Shown here in pieces: positions 1 through 13,300 of a stretch of DNA of 64,000 nt (its first letter is position 1; each line of letters starts with the position of its first letter). This DNA comes from Mytilus trossulus (lineage: Eukaryota). The DNA lies in the NCBI RefSeq assembly GCF_036588685.1, contig NC_086386.1, positions 57,350,001 through 57,414,000 of the forward strand. The letters are read 5' to 3'. The position numbers and the translations under genes were made by a program. Below the pieces are notes generated by a model. That model was not told where the DNA came from, did no database searches, and saw only the letters and a program-made list of their open reading frames with translations.

Positions 1-102
1 ACCGACAGATGATCTCGTTAAATGTAGCTCATTGGAATATTACTTCAAGAAAATATTTTGATTCTAACGTTACCCTTAAGTTTCTTGAAGTCTTATACCT
101 TA

Positions 103-255
103 CAGGGGAGGATCCAGCCATTTTTAAAAGGGGGTACCTACCTTACCCAGGGCCAAACAATGGGAAGGGGGTTCCAACTACACGTCCCCATTTCAAATGC
201 ATTGATTGTCAAAAAAGGGGATCAAACCCTCGGATCCCCCCTGGATCCGCTACTG
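103..255. mobile_element. MITE, hAT5-like (5-bp TSD)
   Basis: Termini CAGGGGAGGATCCAG / CTGGATCCGCTACTG are inverted repeats; CCTTA lies on both flanks (98-102, 256-260). Confidence 0.75.
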
Positions 256-3200
256 CCTTAACAAAAACTAGTTGAACATTGTTATTTACTTTTAATACAA
301 GTTTTCTTCTTCTATTTTGAAGGAAATATAATTCCTAGTAAATGTTTTAGTGTTAGTGGTGCATTTTACTATATATATGTCATACATGTATTTACACCAA
401 CATATATATGAACTAATAATCAAGATATTTACTCAGTGACGTCAAGTTTAGGTATTTTACATCTTTCAAAGCATTTAAGAATTTGTAGATTCCAGAAATT
501 TATTATTCAATATATACAGTGCATCTGTTAAAAATCGATATGATACTAGTAGTTAAAAGCGCCATATTACAAATGTTGTAAAACCGTCTAGTCTTAAGTA
601 TCTGCATAAAACCAGATTATCGATTTCAATATTTTGCTAGAAATCTACATTTTCTGCGTTTTGCTGTCAAATAAAACTCACCTTGGCACCAATTTGGTTT
701 CCGCACTGTCCGGCTTGTAAATGTACGATTTCCCTCATTTTCGGTTATAAAATTCACGTCTACTACCAACAGTGGTTGCGGTTTTAAATGATGATGTTTT
801 ATTGAAAACGAAAATTTAATATCATATGATAGCAAGGGGTCCCGGGTATTAGTTTACTAGCAACGGGCAGACGACCGTTTTCATTGGTTGATTACATTTA
901 AAGATGTTTTCCGTTGCCGAGTGAAATATGGTACAAACAGGTTAAAACTCATAAAATTTCAATAACTGTTATTAACGGCTCAAAAAGTCACCTTATTATC
1001 ATATTATGAAAAGAACATTTCTGTTGGGGGATAAATACTCATTAAAATTCCATTGATAGATGAATATGTAAAACGTGATTAAATATACTATTTTTTATAT
1101 ATTTTTTCAATACGTACTTACTAAATTGTGAATTATCTAACGGTAAAAAAAAAAGAAGTATTTGTTACGCTTTAAATGCTGTTTGAAACATTTTTAGTAA
1201 TAGCAATTATATACAATTAAAAAAAAAACACGGTAAAATACAAAAAACATTTTTTTAATATTATAAGTAGAGAGATTCGTTTTCTATGGCCATACAATTT
1301 AAGAATACAGAAATACAGGATCCCACATCCACATCCCAGAGTATCTGCTTATTTTTTTTCAGGGCCTGCTTGGTTTAACTGGAGGATGCCTCTGGTTCCT
1401 CAGCCTTGATCCACGTTAACTGGACTGTGACCTGGTCAGTAATCGCCGAAAATTTCAAGGCAGATTCCTTTGCAGACACGTTCAAGACAGCCAATAAAGC
1501 GTTCCATTCATTTAGGAATTCCATTATAATTTGTCTTAGAAACTCAGTGTTCAGTGTACATGTATGTGTTACATTAAATTATGGCACAGTATATGGATGT
1601 TAGTTTTTTTATTGAATTTCTGTTGGCAAATATTGAAATTTATTAATTTGTGAAAAGTCATCATAGAGTCTCACGATTCTAGATTATTTTGCAAGCTTTT
1701 GATATAATTTTGAAGTGTCAAGTATGCTAATTTAATTAATTTCAAACTACGCATATTTGTTTACCCAGTATGACATTTGATTCTGGATTGAATGCTTATA
1801 TACATGTAGATAGTTCAAACATTTTCGTCATATAGATTTTTTGTTAATTCAAAAGATGTAATTTCCTATGCATTCCACTCACTAAAATTTTAAACTTAAA
1901 TACAACACCCTGTTCAAAATGTATAATTGTTTGTTTACCTAACAACATTATAGAAACATACATCGATCATGTCTATATTATATACAATATATTACTTTAC
2001 CCTTGTGAAAGACCAAAAATTAAGATAAAAGGCTTATTGAAATTTCAAACTGTTAGTATATATCAATTAAATTTACATTTTAAATCTTAGTCTTTTCAGA
2101 ATGTCAATCGAAAAAAGTAATAAAAACGTCGTGGAGAACGATAAGACCTCAAAGATGTTTAATTCCGCTAGCTTACGTTTTTTGCATATAATTTACCGTT
2201 AACTTTACACAAGGATAAAGGCGGGATTCAAGTTTGAAACTTGTGTAAAATTTGGCGGTTTAAATCTGTAATTTATTTTGAAAATGACTTCTCTTTGCCA
2301 TATTAAGTTTGTACAAAGTAAATGTAAATAAAAAAGTGTTTATTATACACATTTCACAATTTACAAAGCGATAACTGAAATGGACAGTTATGAAATATTT
2401 CTATACGCTGGTACTTAACTTTACAAGAGGCTTTAAAATTGGATAATTTATATTGTCCTCTAAAATAAGTATTGTGAGAAATTCAAGTTTTGTGTTCTTA
2501 TCAAGATGTTGCCTCACTATTTAGCTTTTTAGCATGACGTGACCCAAACTTGTAAATTAACATTTTTTTTATTTTCAGGTGCGGATCCAGGATGTTTGGT
2601 GCGTAATTCTATAATTTGCAAATGTTTGGAGAACTTTAGTCACACCAAATACAGCTCTTCTCACTAGTATTATGGATAGATTCGGTACCTTCTTTGATTT
2701 ATATTCCACAGAAGTGATGTTATAGTTTATGTCTCTTATCCAAGTTCTCCAAAAATCAAACTTAATTAATCAGTATATATATACATGTACATTTGTACTA
2801 ATCTGTGTCACAAAACTAGTATAGTGTAGTTTCCTAAATTTCACCCATTTAGTTGAAACTAGTATGGGGTAAATTGTCGAAAGTAACGTGATTTCATAGT
2901 TTTCTTCCTGTTTTCAGATTCGGATATGATTATGCTCCCGTTTCTTCTTTAAAACTTTGAAATTAATCTACATGTTTTAAATCTTTTCAAATTATTTTCT
3001 ATCAATTTATATATAATCATTACGCCAAACTGTGGGTTTTTTCTTTACATCGCGTTTTATGAGGGTATAGTTGAGGATCCTTTATTTCTAATTTCTTCAT
3101 TCTTTTATATTTTAGTTGTCTATTTATTTTGGTAATTATTCTCTATTCTTTAAATTTTAGCACCACATTATTCCGTTCTGTTTATTTTTAAGCCTATTTA

Positions 3201-3814
3201 CCCCTTTTTGGGGGGGTACGGGGACACTTTTGTCCATTATCCTCTATCCTGTCAACCCCCGTCCAGACCCCCTTATATGGCAGTATTTGCCAAACACAGG
3301 AAAATACCCGTATACATTTAATTAAGATAAAGTTCACGATAAAACATATCATTTAATATAAATCACTACTAAATAATACATTAAACTATTTGAAATATGA
3401 CCATTTCTTTAAATGTTATCGATATATAATTTGATTCTATTCCATACTGAAATTTTACAAAGAATTTGTCAAAGCAAATATATTTCAAATGTCGAAACTT
3501 AAATTTCATCACGTCTTAAATTTAAATAACTTTTCAAAAGTTAAGAATAGCACGCATTCACGACTATAAGTAAATTATTAAATTTCGTTTATTGATCATT
3601 ATTCAAATACATATAAGTAGACGTTCTTGACTGAGATTCAACAAATAGTGAATATTTATGTACTAGATAAAAATGTACTCTAGATTTGAAAGTTAAATGA
3701 AGACTACAATGTACATAAACGATTGTCGATGAATAGGGGTTGAAATAAAAAACTAAATAGCTTTACTTATTTGTTTAATTATATAAGTAACAGTACCAAA
3801 AGTATGAAAAAAAA

Positions 3815-4075
3815 TGAGGGACGAAACATACCCGAGGGACGAAACCTACCCGAGGGACATACAAACTGATATATTGAAAATAATCAGAGAACACCATGGC
3901 TAAAAAGGGAAAAAAAAAAAAAAAATAGACAAACAATACTTATGCAAAACACAATATAGAAACTAAATTAGACTGAGCAACACGTATTTCACCGAAAAAC
4001 TGGGAGTGATCTCAAGTGTTCTGGAAGGGTAAGCAGATCCTGCTCCACATGTGTCACCCGTCGTGTTGCCCATGT
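3815..4075 (-). mobile_element. 3' fragment of a Penelope-like retroelement
   Basis: Reverse-complement match to 57280-57515 (GAGCAACACGAC...CAGGATCTGCTTAC...), the tail that follows the PLE RT remnant; a shorter piece lies at ~18363-18460. Confidence 0.6.
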
Positions 4076-4084
4076 TATAACATT

Positions 4085-5035
4085 TTAGGCTTAATGAAAA
4101 ACATAGGCTTAGGAGCATAGGATATACCTTATATCTGATAGGCTTTAAGACATTGGATAAGCTTACATATATAGGATAGACTTAATGACATCGGATTGAC
4201 TTATAGACATTAGATAGGCTTTACAGACATATGATAGCCTTATCGCCATCGGAAAGGCTTAGAGACATAGGATAGACTTATAGATATAGAATAGGCCTAT
4301 ATCCATCGGAAAGGATTATAGACATAAGATGGACTTATAAACAGGATAAGACGTATTGATATTTCATAGACTTATAAACATCGGATAGGCTTATAGACAT
4401 AGGATAGGCTTATAGACAAAGGATAGGTTTGTGAACAAGAAATATTCTTATAGTCATCCAATAGGCTTTTAAATATTAAATATGCTTATAGACATCGGAT
4501 ATATATAGCAAAGCATAGGCTTATATACATATGATAGGCTTGTATACATGTGAAAGGCTTATAATAGACATAGGAAATATAATTTACTTATAGACATTCG
4601 AATATGAATACAGACATCTGGTAAGCTATGAGCATAGCATATGCTTATAGACATCGGATAGGCTTATGGGCATCGAATAGACTTATAGACATCGAAAAGG
4701 CTTATGGGCATCGAATAGGCTTATAGACATCTGGTAGACTATGAGCATATAAAAGGCTTATATACATCGGGTAGGCTTATATACATCGTATAGACTTAAG
4801 GGCATCACATAGGCTTATAGACATCAGATAGGCTTATGGGTATCACATAGGCTTATAGACATCGTATAGGCTTCTCGAGATAGGCTTATGGGCATCAAAT
4901 AGGGTTATAGTTATAGGACATGCAGGCTTATGGACACATGATATGCATAAAAACATACATTAGTCTGATATATAGACATTAAAATCCATACATAAATATG
5001 ATAGGCCTATAGACATTTGATAGATAAGTTCTTAG
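4085..5035. repeat. Degenerate ~19-bp minisatellite (ATAGGCTTATAGACATCGG)n
   Basis: Dozens of diverged tandem units, e.g. 4386-4430 ATAGGCTTATAGACATAGG ATAGGCTTATAGACAAAGG. Confidence 0.9.
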
Positions 5036-5558
5036 ACATTGTGACTTCTACCAGAACGTAGCCCATAAAAAACCATGAAGTTGGTAATACTTGCATGGCT
5101 TCTGTAACGAAATCCTTTCAGACATACAATAAAAAGTAGGAACATACAAAATGCAACTCCATATTCATTATTTATTCACATATAGTATGGAAAACATGAA
5201 ATCTTTAATTCAATATTTGGATCGCCTATTTTTAGCGACGTACTTTCACTTTCATTTTAAAACTGTGGTATTTTACTCAAGATGATCCAGTTATTGTATA
5301 AATTTGAGCAAGTTTAATAAGTGCGCGATTCAATAAAGTCAGTTTACTGGCTGGGAAAGCAAGATATTGCAATGGGTTTCAAAATAAAAATCTCGAATGT
5401 CGGTTTATAAATACCAATCAAAACAAAACAGCAACAATGAAACAATTCAAAACCAAAACACACTAAAAGATTAAACATTAACATGAGTATTAAACTATTA
5501 TAACAACCATAACAAAGTTTAGCAAAATTAGTCTTATTGGTTAACCAGCTTATGGAAG

Positions 5559-6020
5559 TACACCACTAATTCATGGTCCCATTGCTTTCTATGCTAAATT
5601 CCTCCGTTTCAAGCAGGCACACCTCTTTTATTTTAAGTTCAAATAAAGTGGCAATCATTGCATGTCAAAGCAACACCTTCTGGTGTCCTGTACTGAAAAA
5701 ATCAACATACCTTACATTGCATATAAGAAAGAACTGGTTCCCAGAACTTCGGATGTACCAAAACAGGTACTTCCGATCTGACAAAAAGGCAAAATGTACC
5801 CTCCTTTTTAAATTTCATGCCATTTTTTTATTATTCAAATTTATCAGTCAAAAATTTATCTACAATGATCACCAGTCATGCAGCTTTCATTTGATACCAA
5901 AATTAATAAAATATTCTAAATATTTTGAAAGTTATGTCCATGCGTAGGAACTATTTTGTGTTAAATATGTACTACTTTCTGGTATGTGCTTTCTGGCCGG
6001 GCCCGAATTAGTGGTGTTAC
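5559..6020. mobile_element. MITE-like TIR element
   Basis: TACACCACTAATTC at the left end and GAATTAGTGGTGTTA at the right end; no credible coding content. Confidence 0.5.
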
Positions 6021-6351
6021 ACCTTATTTTACTAATCAGATTAAGTGAATTGCTGATTCATTTCATTGCATTGTATTGTTTATACTAGAAATTTTATCGG
6101 TCAGGCATTAAGTTCAATCAATTACTTGAATGCAAATTATACCAAGTTGACACATTACAAGCCAGTTGTATTCAATTTCTATACCAGTTAAAAGTACAGT
6201 TTCTGTCGAAGTCATTTTCCTTTTTTTTAAACTCTCATTTTCTATGATCTCCAGCATTCTGTCATTCGAGTGTATTCTGCATTAATATGTTATAGTGAAA
6301 TCGACACTGTCAGTAAGGTTACAAAAGAAGTTTGAAAACATGCTCAATCTA

Positions 6352-8860
6352 AGAGGGGGGGGGGGGGGGGGGGGGGGCAAGGGGTTTAACTGTTATGCTG
6401 TTATGGGGCATTTTAATTCTTTGTTTTCTGTTATTCTGAAAATATATTTACTGTTAGCTGTTATTGTCTTATTCTTTGTTAGCTGTTATAGGACTATTAT
6501 CTATATTGTTATCTGTTATTGTGAGAATCTATTTGCTGTTAACTGTTATTGAAAATTGGAATGTTAGCACTTAGACAGCCAATCTTCCGTAGAAATTGAA
6601 ATAATTGAAAATTGTGATTTGAATGGATAATAGTCTCATTGGCAGGCTTACCGCATCTTCTTACAATGTATATATATTGTGGTCTTTCTACTGGTAATAT
6701 CGGATGGCCCTGTATTTGCAGAAGAATTTCAGTAACATACATCACATAAACATATTAAAATCAAATGGACCCAGGACCATTCCAGTATATATTATTATTA
6801 TCCTTTGTAATAAATTCCGTTGTCTGTGAACATGTAGCTTTTGTACAAAATATAATTTACTTATTACTTGTACAATAACTTATAGTATGGATTTTTTTTT
6901 TTTTTAAACATTGGTACACCCTATAGATTTTTTTTATTCAATGACCAAATAATAATCTTTATGTTGTACTATTATAACACTGTCCCTGATTAGGGGAGGA
7001 TTGGACACCAACTAGCATGCTTAAGTTGACGCAGTCACATTCTGTATGTGCCTATTTCCAAGTCAGGTGCCTGGATTCAGTGGTTGTAGTTTGTTACTGT
7101 GTTTCTTAGTTTTTGTTCACTATTTTGTGGATAAATAAAGGCAACAGTAGTATACCGCTGTTCAAAACTCATAAATTCATGGACAAAAAACAAAATCGGG
7201 GTAACAGACTAAAACCCGAGGGAAACGCATTAAATATAAGAGGGGAACAACGACATAACACTAAAATGTAACACACACAGAAATGGACCGAGCATCAGAC
7301 AAAATCCCACGAGAATAACAAATATAACATGGAAACCAAATACATGAACTTAGGATAGACAAGTACAGTGACACGTCTTATCGAAATTTGAATTTACACT
7401 AAAAAATAAGAGAAAACAAACGACACAACGTTAAAATGTAACACACAAACACACAGAAACGAACTCTAATATCACAATGGCCATATTCCTGACTTGGTAC
7501 AGGTCATTTTTAAAGGAAAAAAGGGTTTTGTGGCATGCTAAACCTCACACTTTTATGGCCATGTGAAATATAACATCAAAATGACAACACAACACCACAG
7601 GACTACAATATAAATAAATTAGAGAACACAATTGACAAGGAATCACACGAACAACAGCCAACAAAAGGCAACAAGTTAAAGTAAAATTTTAATACGCCAG
7701 AAGAGCATTTTGTCCACACAAAACCTACTAGTGACGCCCAGATACAAAAGTTTGAAAGCCGAAACAAGTACAAAGTTGAACAGCATCGAGAACCACAAGG
7801 CACTAAATTAGGCAGTTAGTTTTCTCCTTTCAATTGTTTTACATTACTAAGTGGTTTGAATTATGGCTTTGGGAGTTATACAACATCTTTTTCTTGTAGC
7901 ATTTATATTATAAGTGCTACTCCCTCTCTTTTCAGTTACATGAAAGAGAACCCTGACAACCATATTTTTAAAAGCTTTCTAACTGCTGGCGAAAATTGAA
8001 GCTCAGAAATAATTGATGCAAATAAAGATTTGTCTTCAGTTTAATTTTTTGACAAATACCCTTTTAAAAATCCTACAACTTCTCAATGCTGTACTCAAAT
8101 TTTCCATATTCAATAATTTCATACAAATGTAAGATGCATGATTGGTGTTTCACTTGGTGTCATCCAAATTTTCACTAGGTCCAATTTTTATTATACTATC
8201 AGAATTGTCACTTGAGTCAATTTCTATTATCAGAATAACCATAACTGGCATGCGTGTTTCAGTTACATGTCCTGTCTCCACTGATCTTGGTATTTTTGTA
8301 TTTTATAAGTAAGTTTTATCGTGAGGTCATTAAATAAAAAAAATATATTGTGCATCAATGTTTTTTTTATTACTTGTAAAGTTTTTATATTGCTTTTTAG
8401 AAATAAAAAATAAATAAAATCAAATTGATAATAAAGTGTCACTGGCTGCACTATTTTCCAAAATTAAATTAAAAAAATTAAATCATTAAAAATTGATCCC
8501 TTAAATGCCATAGATTAAAAATATCCCTATATCAAAAACAGAAACTAGAAATTTTGTTCAGAAAAATTCAACATCCATATTATAACTTATTGTACAAGTA
8601 ACGGGAAAAAAATCAACCAAGGCAGAACTGCCTCAACAGCTGAAACGTCTTGTTTACACAAATTACAATTTTCTAGGTCCATACCACAAGTTATATACTA
8701 AGATCTACGAGTCATCTACTGGATTGGTCCTGGACAGATTTATTTTCTTATTTCATTTACTGTTATCTGTTATTGTCCCTTTTCAATTCCTTGTTATCTG
8801 TTTTTCACCAAATCAATTCACTGTTTTGCTGTTATGGGGACCCCCCTTGCCCCCCCTCAT
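6352..8860. mobile_element. G-rich-TIR MITE split by ~2.2 kb of nested insertions
   Basis: Left end GAG(G)nCAAGGGG followed by (CTGTTAT)-type repeats to ~6555; the same repeats resume at ~8758 and end in CCCCTTGCCCCCCCTC. Confidence 0.55.
7131..7800 (-). mobile_element. Non-autonomous PLE-related interspersed repeat
   Basis: Starts ATAAATAAAGGCAACAGTAGTATACCGCTGTTCAA (again at ~57750); the minus strand near 7695-7742 resembles a decayed PLE hammerhead cassette. Confidence 0.5.
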
Positions 8861-9048
8861 CTAAGTTCAATTAAGGAAACCAATTGGGCATAACTACTCG
8901 GTGTCCACGCTCACTAAATTGGCAACGAAGGATGTTTCGTCAGCTTCTAAAGAAAACCACTAGCAAAAGTGGTAGGTTACTGATGGTACACATACAGTTG
9001 TATCAGTGTATGCTCAATTTCTTAGAGAATAATTGGCCCCGACTCTTT

Positions 9049-9645
9049 ATAATAAAATTGAGAATGGAAATGGGGAATGTGTCAAAGAGACAACAACCCG
9101 ACCAAAATAAAAAAATACAACAGCAGAAGGTCACCAACAGGTCTTCAATGTAGCGAGAAATTCCCGCACCCGGAGGCGTCCTTCAGCTGGCCCCTAAACA
9201 AATATATACTAGTTCAGTGATAATGAACGCCATACTAATTTCCAAATTGTACACAAGAAACTAAAATTTAAATAATACAAGACTAACAAAGGCCAGAGGC
9301 TCCTGACTTGGGACAGGCGCAAAAATGCGGCGGGGTTAAACATGTTTGTGAGATCTCAACCCTCCCCCATATACCTCTAACCAGTGTAGAAAAGTAAAAG
9401 CATAACAATACGCACATTAAAATTCAGTTCAAGAGAAGTCCGAGTCTGATGTCAGAAGATGTAACCAAAGAAAATAAACAAAATGACAATAATACATAAA
9501 TAACAACAGACTACTAGCAGTTAACTGACATGCCAGCTCCAGACTTCAATTAAACTGACTGAAAGATTATGATTTCATCATATGAACATCAGGCACAATC
9601 CTTCCCGTAAGGGGTTTAGTATCATACCATCATAACATATATGTA
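9049..9645. repeat. Abundant interspersed repeat (AATAAAATTGAGAATGGAAATGGGGAATGTGTCAAAGAGACAAC family), long copy
   Basis: Its first ~125 bp recur inverted at 28211-28337, 33355-33478 and 53280-53400; related families lie at 34798-35130, 49385-49700, 51175-51480 and 63205-63800. Confidence 0.8.
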
Positions 9646-10344
9646 TGTATGTTTTATGCATGAAATGTATTGAATTGGAAACGTCTGTATGTAATAAAAC
9701 AATAGTTGTTTGTATGTTAAAGTTTGTGATTATGTTTACTTTGTTTAAGGGGAAGCGCTGGTGGTAAGTCAATTAGAATTGGTATCCAGTTGTAAATACG
9801 TATATAACTTAAAAGCATTACTACATCTCATTCACATATCAGTTGGCACCATCCCGTCATTCATACCGTATACGTACTGACTTTGAATCATTCCATTGTT
9901 TATATTTGGATGTCTGTGATTAAGTCAGTGTAAGAAGAACGTGTAGTGGTAGGTTATAATGATATTTGGTATGTTGGTTACACATTTGCATGTATACTTT
10001 ACATGGAAATTACATGGCCGCGCCATCTCACCATGGTTTATTTACTCAATGCACAGCTCACATGTTAACTTTGTTTTTATTTAAGGGAACCACAGACCAA
10101 CGCATAAATAAATGTTTATGGTACTATACTATAAGAATAACATGAAGGCAATGGACATATCTGTGTCAACAGTTTATTTATAAACTCGCCTTTTTTTTCT
10201 TTTTAAAAAAACGTTGTTTTTTTTTTTGCTAATTTAACAACAGTTTTGACTATCACATATAACAAGCACATTTTTTTTTATATGAAATCCGCCATCTTGA
10301 GTATTTAATGTGAACCTTCAATGTGCAACTGCAATGCAAAATTT

Positions 10345-13300
10345 TCAGAAACATGGCGGAGGTTCGAAGTTTTTCAGGTGTATTAAAGTACACAAATCAT
10401 CAAACAATGAAAAATCACGATAGTCTCCATTTCCGTTTGTCCTCCTAATCATTGAAACGAACAGAATAAACAGTGCACTAGCAATTAGAAGACATTTCCA
10501 TAAGCGAAAATGCTGTACCGATACCTCAACTTTTATACAATTCGATGGAATCGCGTCTAAATCGTCCTTGCGCAAAAGACTTGACCTGATATGATGAACG
10601 CACAAATTGGAATCTGAACTAGAACACACTACAGTATATTTCTTAGGAGATGCAAAGGATATTTTTACATTTCCTTGTTGCATTTTGTCAGATTTTTGTA
10701 TTCTGTTCTCTGGGGTTTCTGGAATATTCACCAGAATAACATTGTCAGGCTGCGCTCGTTTAGAAACTGTCGATTTGGAAACAGCTTGTTGTTTGGAGTT
10801 TATTTGTCCATTTGGTTTATTCGTTTTTTGACATTCTAAACATACGCTGTTACACTGTACATAACTATATGACCTATCGTGTAATTTACCTTTTATACTT
10901 TGGTCAATTTGATTTCCTGTTAAATTTACCAATACGTTTTGGTTTTGTGCGATGGCATTTTTGTCTCCCTCGTGGAAGTTGTCTTTGACAGTGCTGTAAT
11001 AAACTTTTCCAGAAGAATCTCGAAAAGTTTCAATATGACTTTCACAAACATTTGTGTTGATTTGTATTATTTGTTCCGTGCCATATGATGTGACGTCACT
11101 GCCACAGTTCCTACAGATACCATTGTAATAGGGTATTGAGTGGTCTAACGGTATGCTTGCAGTCTTTCCAAATTTTGTTGCTTCAACAGAAGTATTCGGT
11201 TTGTTGCGATCACCTGTTTCATAAATGTCAGTTTGATATTGTGCGAGTTCTCCGCCGAATTTCGTATCCATCGATAACATATCGTCTGCTACAACATATT
11301 CAGACGAAGAACCATAACTCTTGTTGTATTCGTCAGCAGTGGTGTATGAAGGTATCGAAACTTTTTCTTCATGAGATTTTGTTTCAAAGTAAAGATCATC
11401 TTTTGTAATTCTATTCTTATCTTTTTCGTTATCTGCTGTAAGATCCTCAATTGTATTTTCTTCTTTTAAAGTATTAAGATATTGTGGCCGCTGCATTCCC
11501 GGAGTCTTTGGAAGAGACAGCAATGTTGTTGATAACATAGGACTTTCGGGATGGTCTGAAAAATATTGTTCCAATTCATCAGCTATTGATTTCCTCCGAG
11601 GTGATGCCTTCCTAGAATACATTGTCTTTTCCAATTCACTAAAAGATAAGTCTTCATCTGAATCTTCTTCAGAGTCAGGTGTTGTCAGTAATAACATGCC
11701 ATCTCCATCTGGACACCAACTTTTAGTCGGTTTCAGCGCCACCTGCACGCCATCATCAGGATTAGGTAAGTCAAAAATACTTTGTTGTCTATCAATGCCT
11801 TTCTCCGTACCATCTGTACTTTTTGAATAAGATTCCATTCGTTCATCTTTGATAGTTTCATGATATCGTAGGTCTTCTGGTACTACGGTTTTTCTCACTT
11901 GTTTGTTTCTATCAGTACTTTCTGTTGGTTTATATTTATTCTGTTCTTTTACTGTATTTAAATTACTAGCTGGCTTACGTCTTTCATCGTCTGTATTTAA
12001 AATATCTTCTTGTGTATCTCTGTGATGTTTTACATAATTTATTTCTTTTGGCGTATATCTGTTATCAAATATATTTCGATTATCTTTTGGTGTGTGTCTT
12101 TGTTCAGTAAAAGCCGGGATTTCGTTTGGTTGATATTTCTCTGCAAATGTCTTTTGTCCTTGGCTTTGGTTTATTAGAGTTTTTTGAGGTTTGTTTTGTT
12201 CTTTGCCTGTCCTGCGACTTTCTGTTGGCTTATATTGTTCTTCAACTGTTTTCGGACCAATTGTTTCAATGTTTCTTGGTACTTCTTTAGTTTCCCTGAT
12301 AGTGGGCTGATTTGTTCGTTCATTAATATATGCTTCAAATATTTCTTTGCCTCTTCTGTCTTTTGTAACTGGAGTATTTGTAACTTGCTTGGATCTTTCT
12401 TTCACCTCTCGTCGACTGATCATTGGTATGTTAAGCTGATCTTCTAGAACATGGTTATCGTTTTGCGTATACTTTTTATCCAATGTACTTTTAATAGCCT
12501 CAGGTTCGTGTCTCTGTTTCTCTTTAAATATCCTGTCTTTTTCTTCGTCAAGTATAGGGATATCTGCTAATTTATCTGTCGTTTTATATCTTCTTTCATT
12601 TGTAAAAATACTATGCATTGTTTCAGGTTTTTGTTCTTTTGTTGTATCAAGATTAGCCCGTCCTTGTTCTTGTTCTTTTGAGGCAAAAATACTGTTTGAG
12701 CCAGTTGTAATATGGCTGTTTACTGGCTTGTATTGGTCGATAGTTTGGCTACTGGTAAAAGTTTGCTTTGGTATGTGTTCTTTTTTAAAAGGAATATCTT
12801 CTGGCTTATGTATTTTATCCGACACACTAGAATCTACATTGGAGATCCGTTCTTGTTTTGATGTTACAGGTCTATCTGTTGGGGTATTCATATCGTCATT
12901 GGTAACATGATTCAGATTTAGTTCCATAGTAACAGGTGTATCTGTTTGCTTATATATTTTCTCATCTGTCCTCTTGTTTTCTGTGGGCTTAATTGAAAGT
13001 TCGTTAACTTCAAAACTATCTGTCTGCTGGAAACCGTCTGCAACAGTACCCGGTCGATTGTCGACCGTTCGTTTTTTTTTACCCTCACTTTCCATCTGAT
13101 CTCGGACATTCTGATGTATGACATCATATGGAGGGTACGTATGCTGAAAAGAATCTTTTTCGTTTGGTATAACGTAGCTTTCTTGTTGAAGGCCTTTTTG
13201 TCTCTTTTGTAACATATCCTGCTTGACTTCTGATTTTATAGGGAAATTTACTGCACCTTGAACACCTTCATCTTCTGTTAATTCTTTAACTGGTCCACTT

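Noticed and set aside
1363-2620. Possible plus-strand exons after TTTTCAG acceptors (1363, 2579)
   Set aside because: All frames close quickly and no recognisable protein; may be non-coding exons but unsupported.
4085-5035. CRISPR-like periodicity
   Set aside because: No unique spacers or cas genes; eukaryotic minisatellite.
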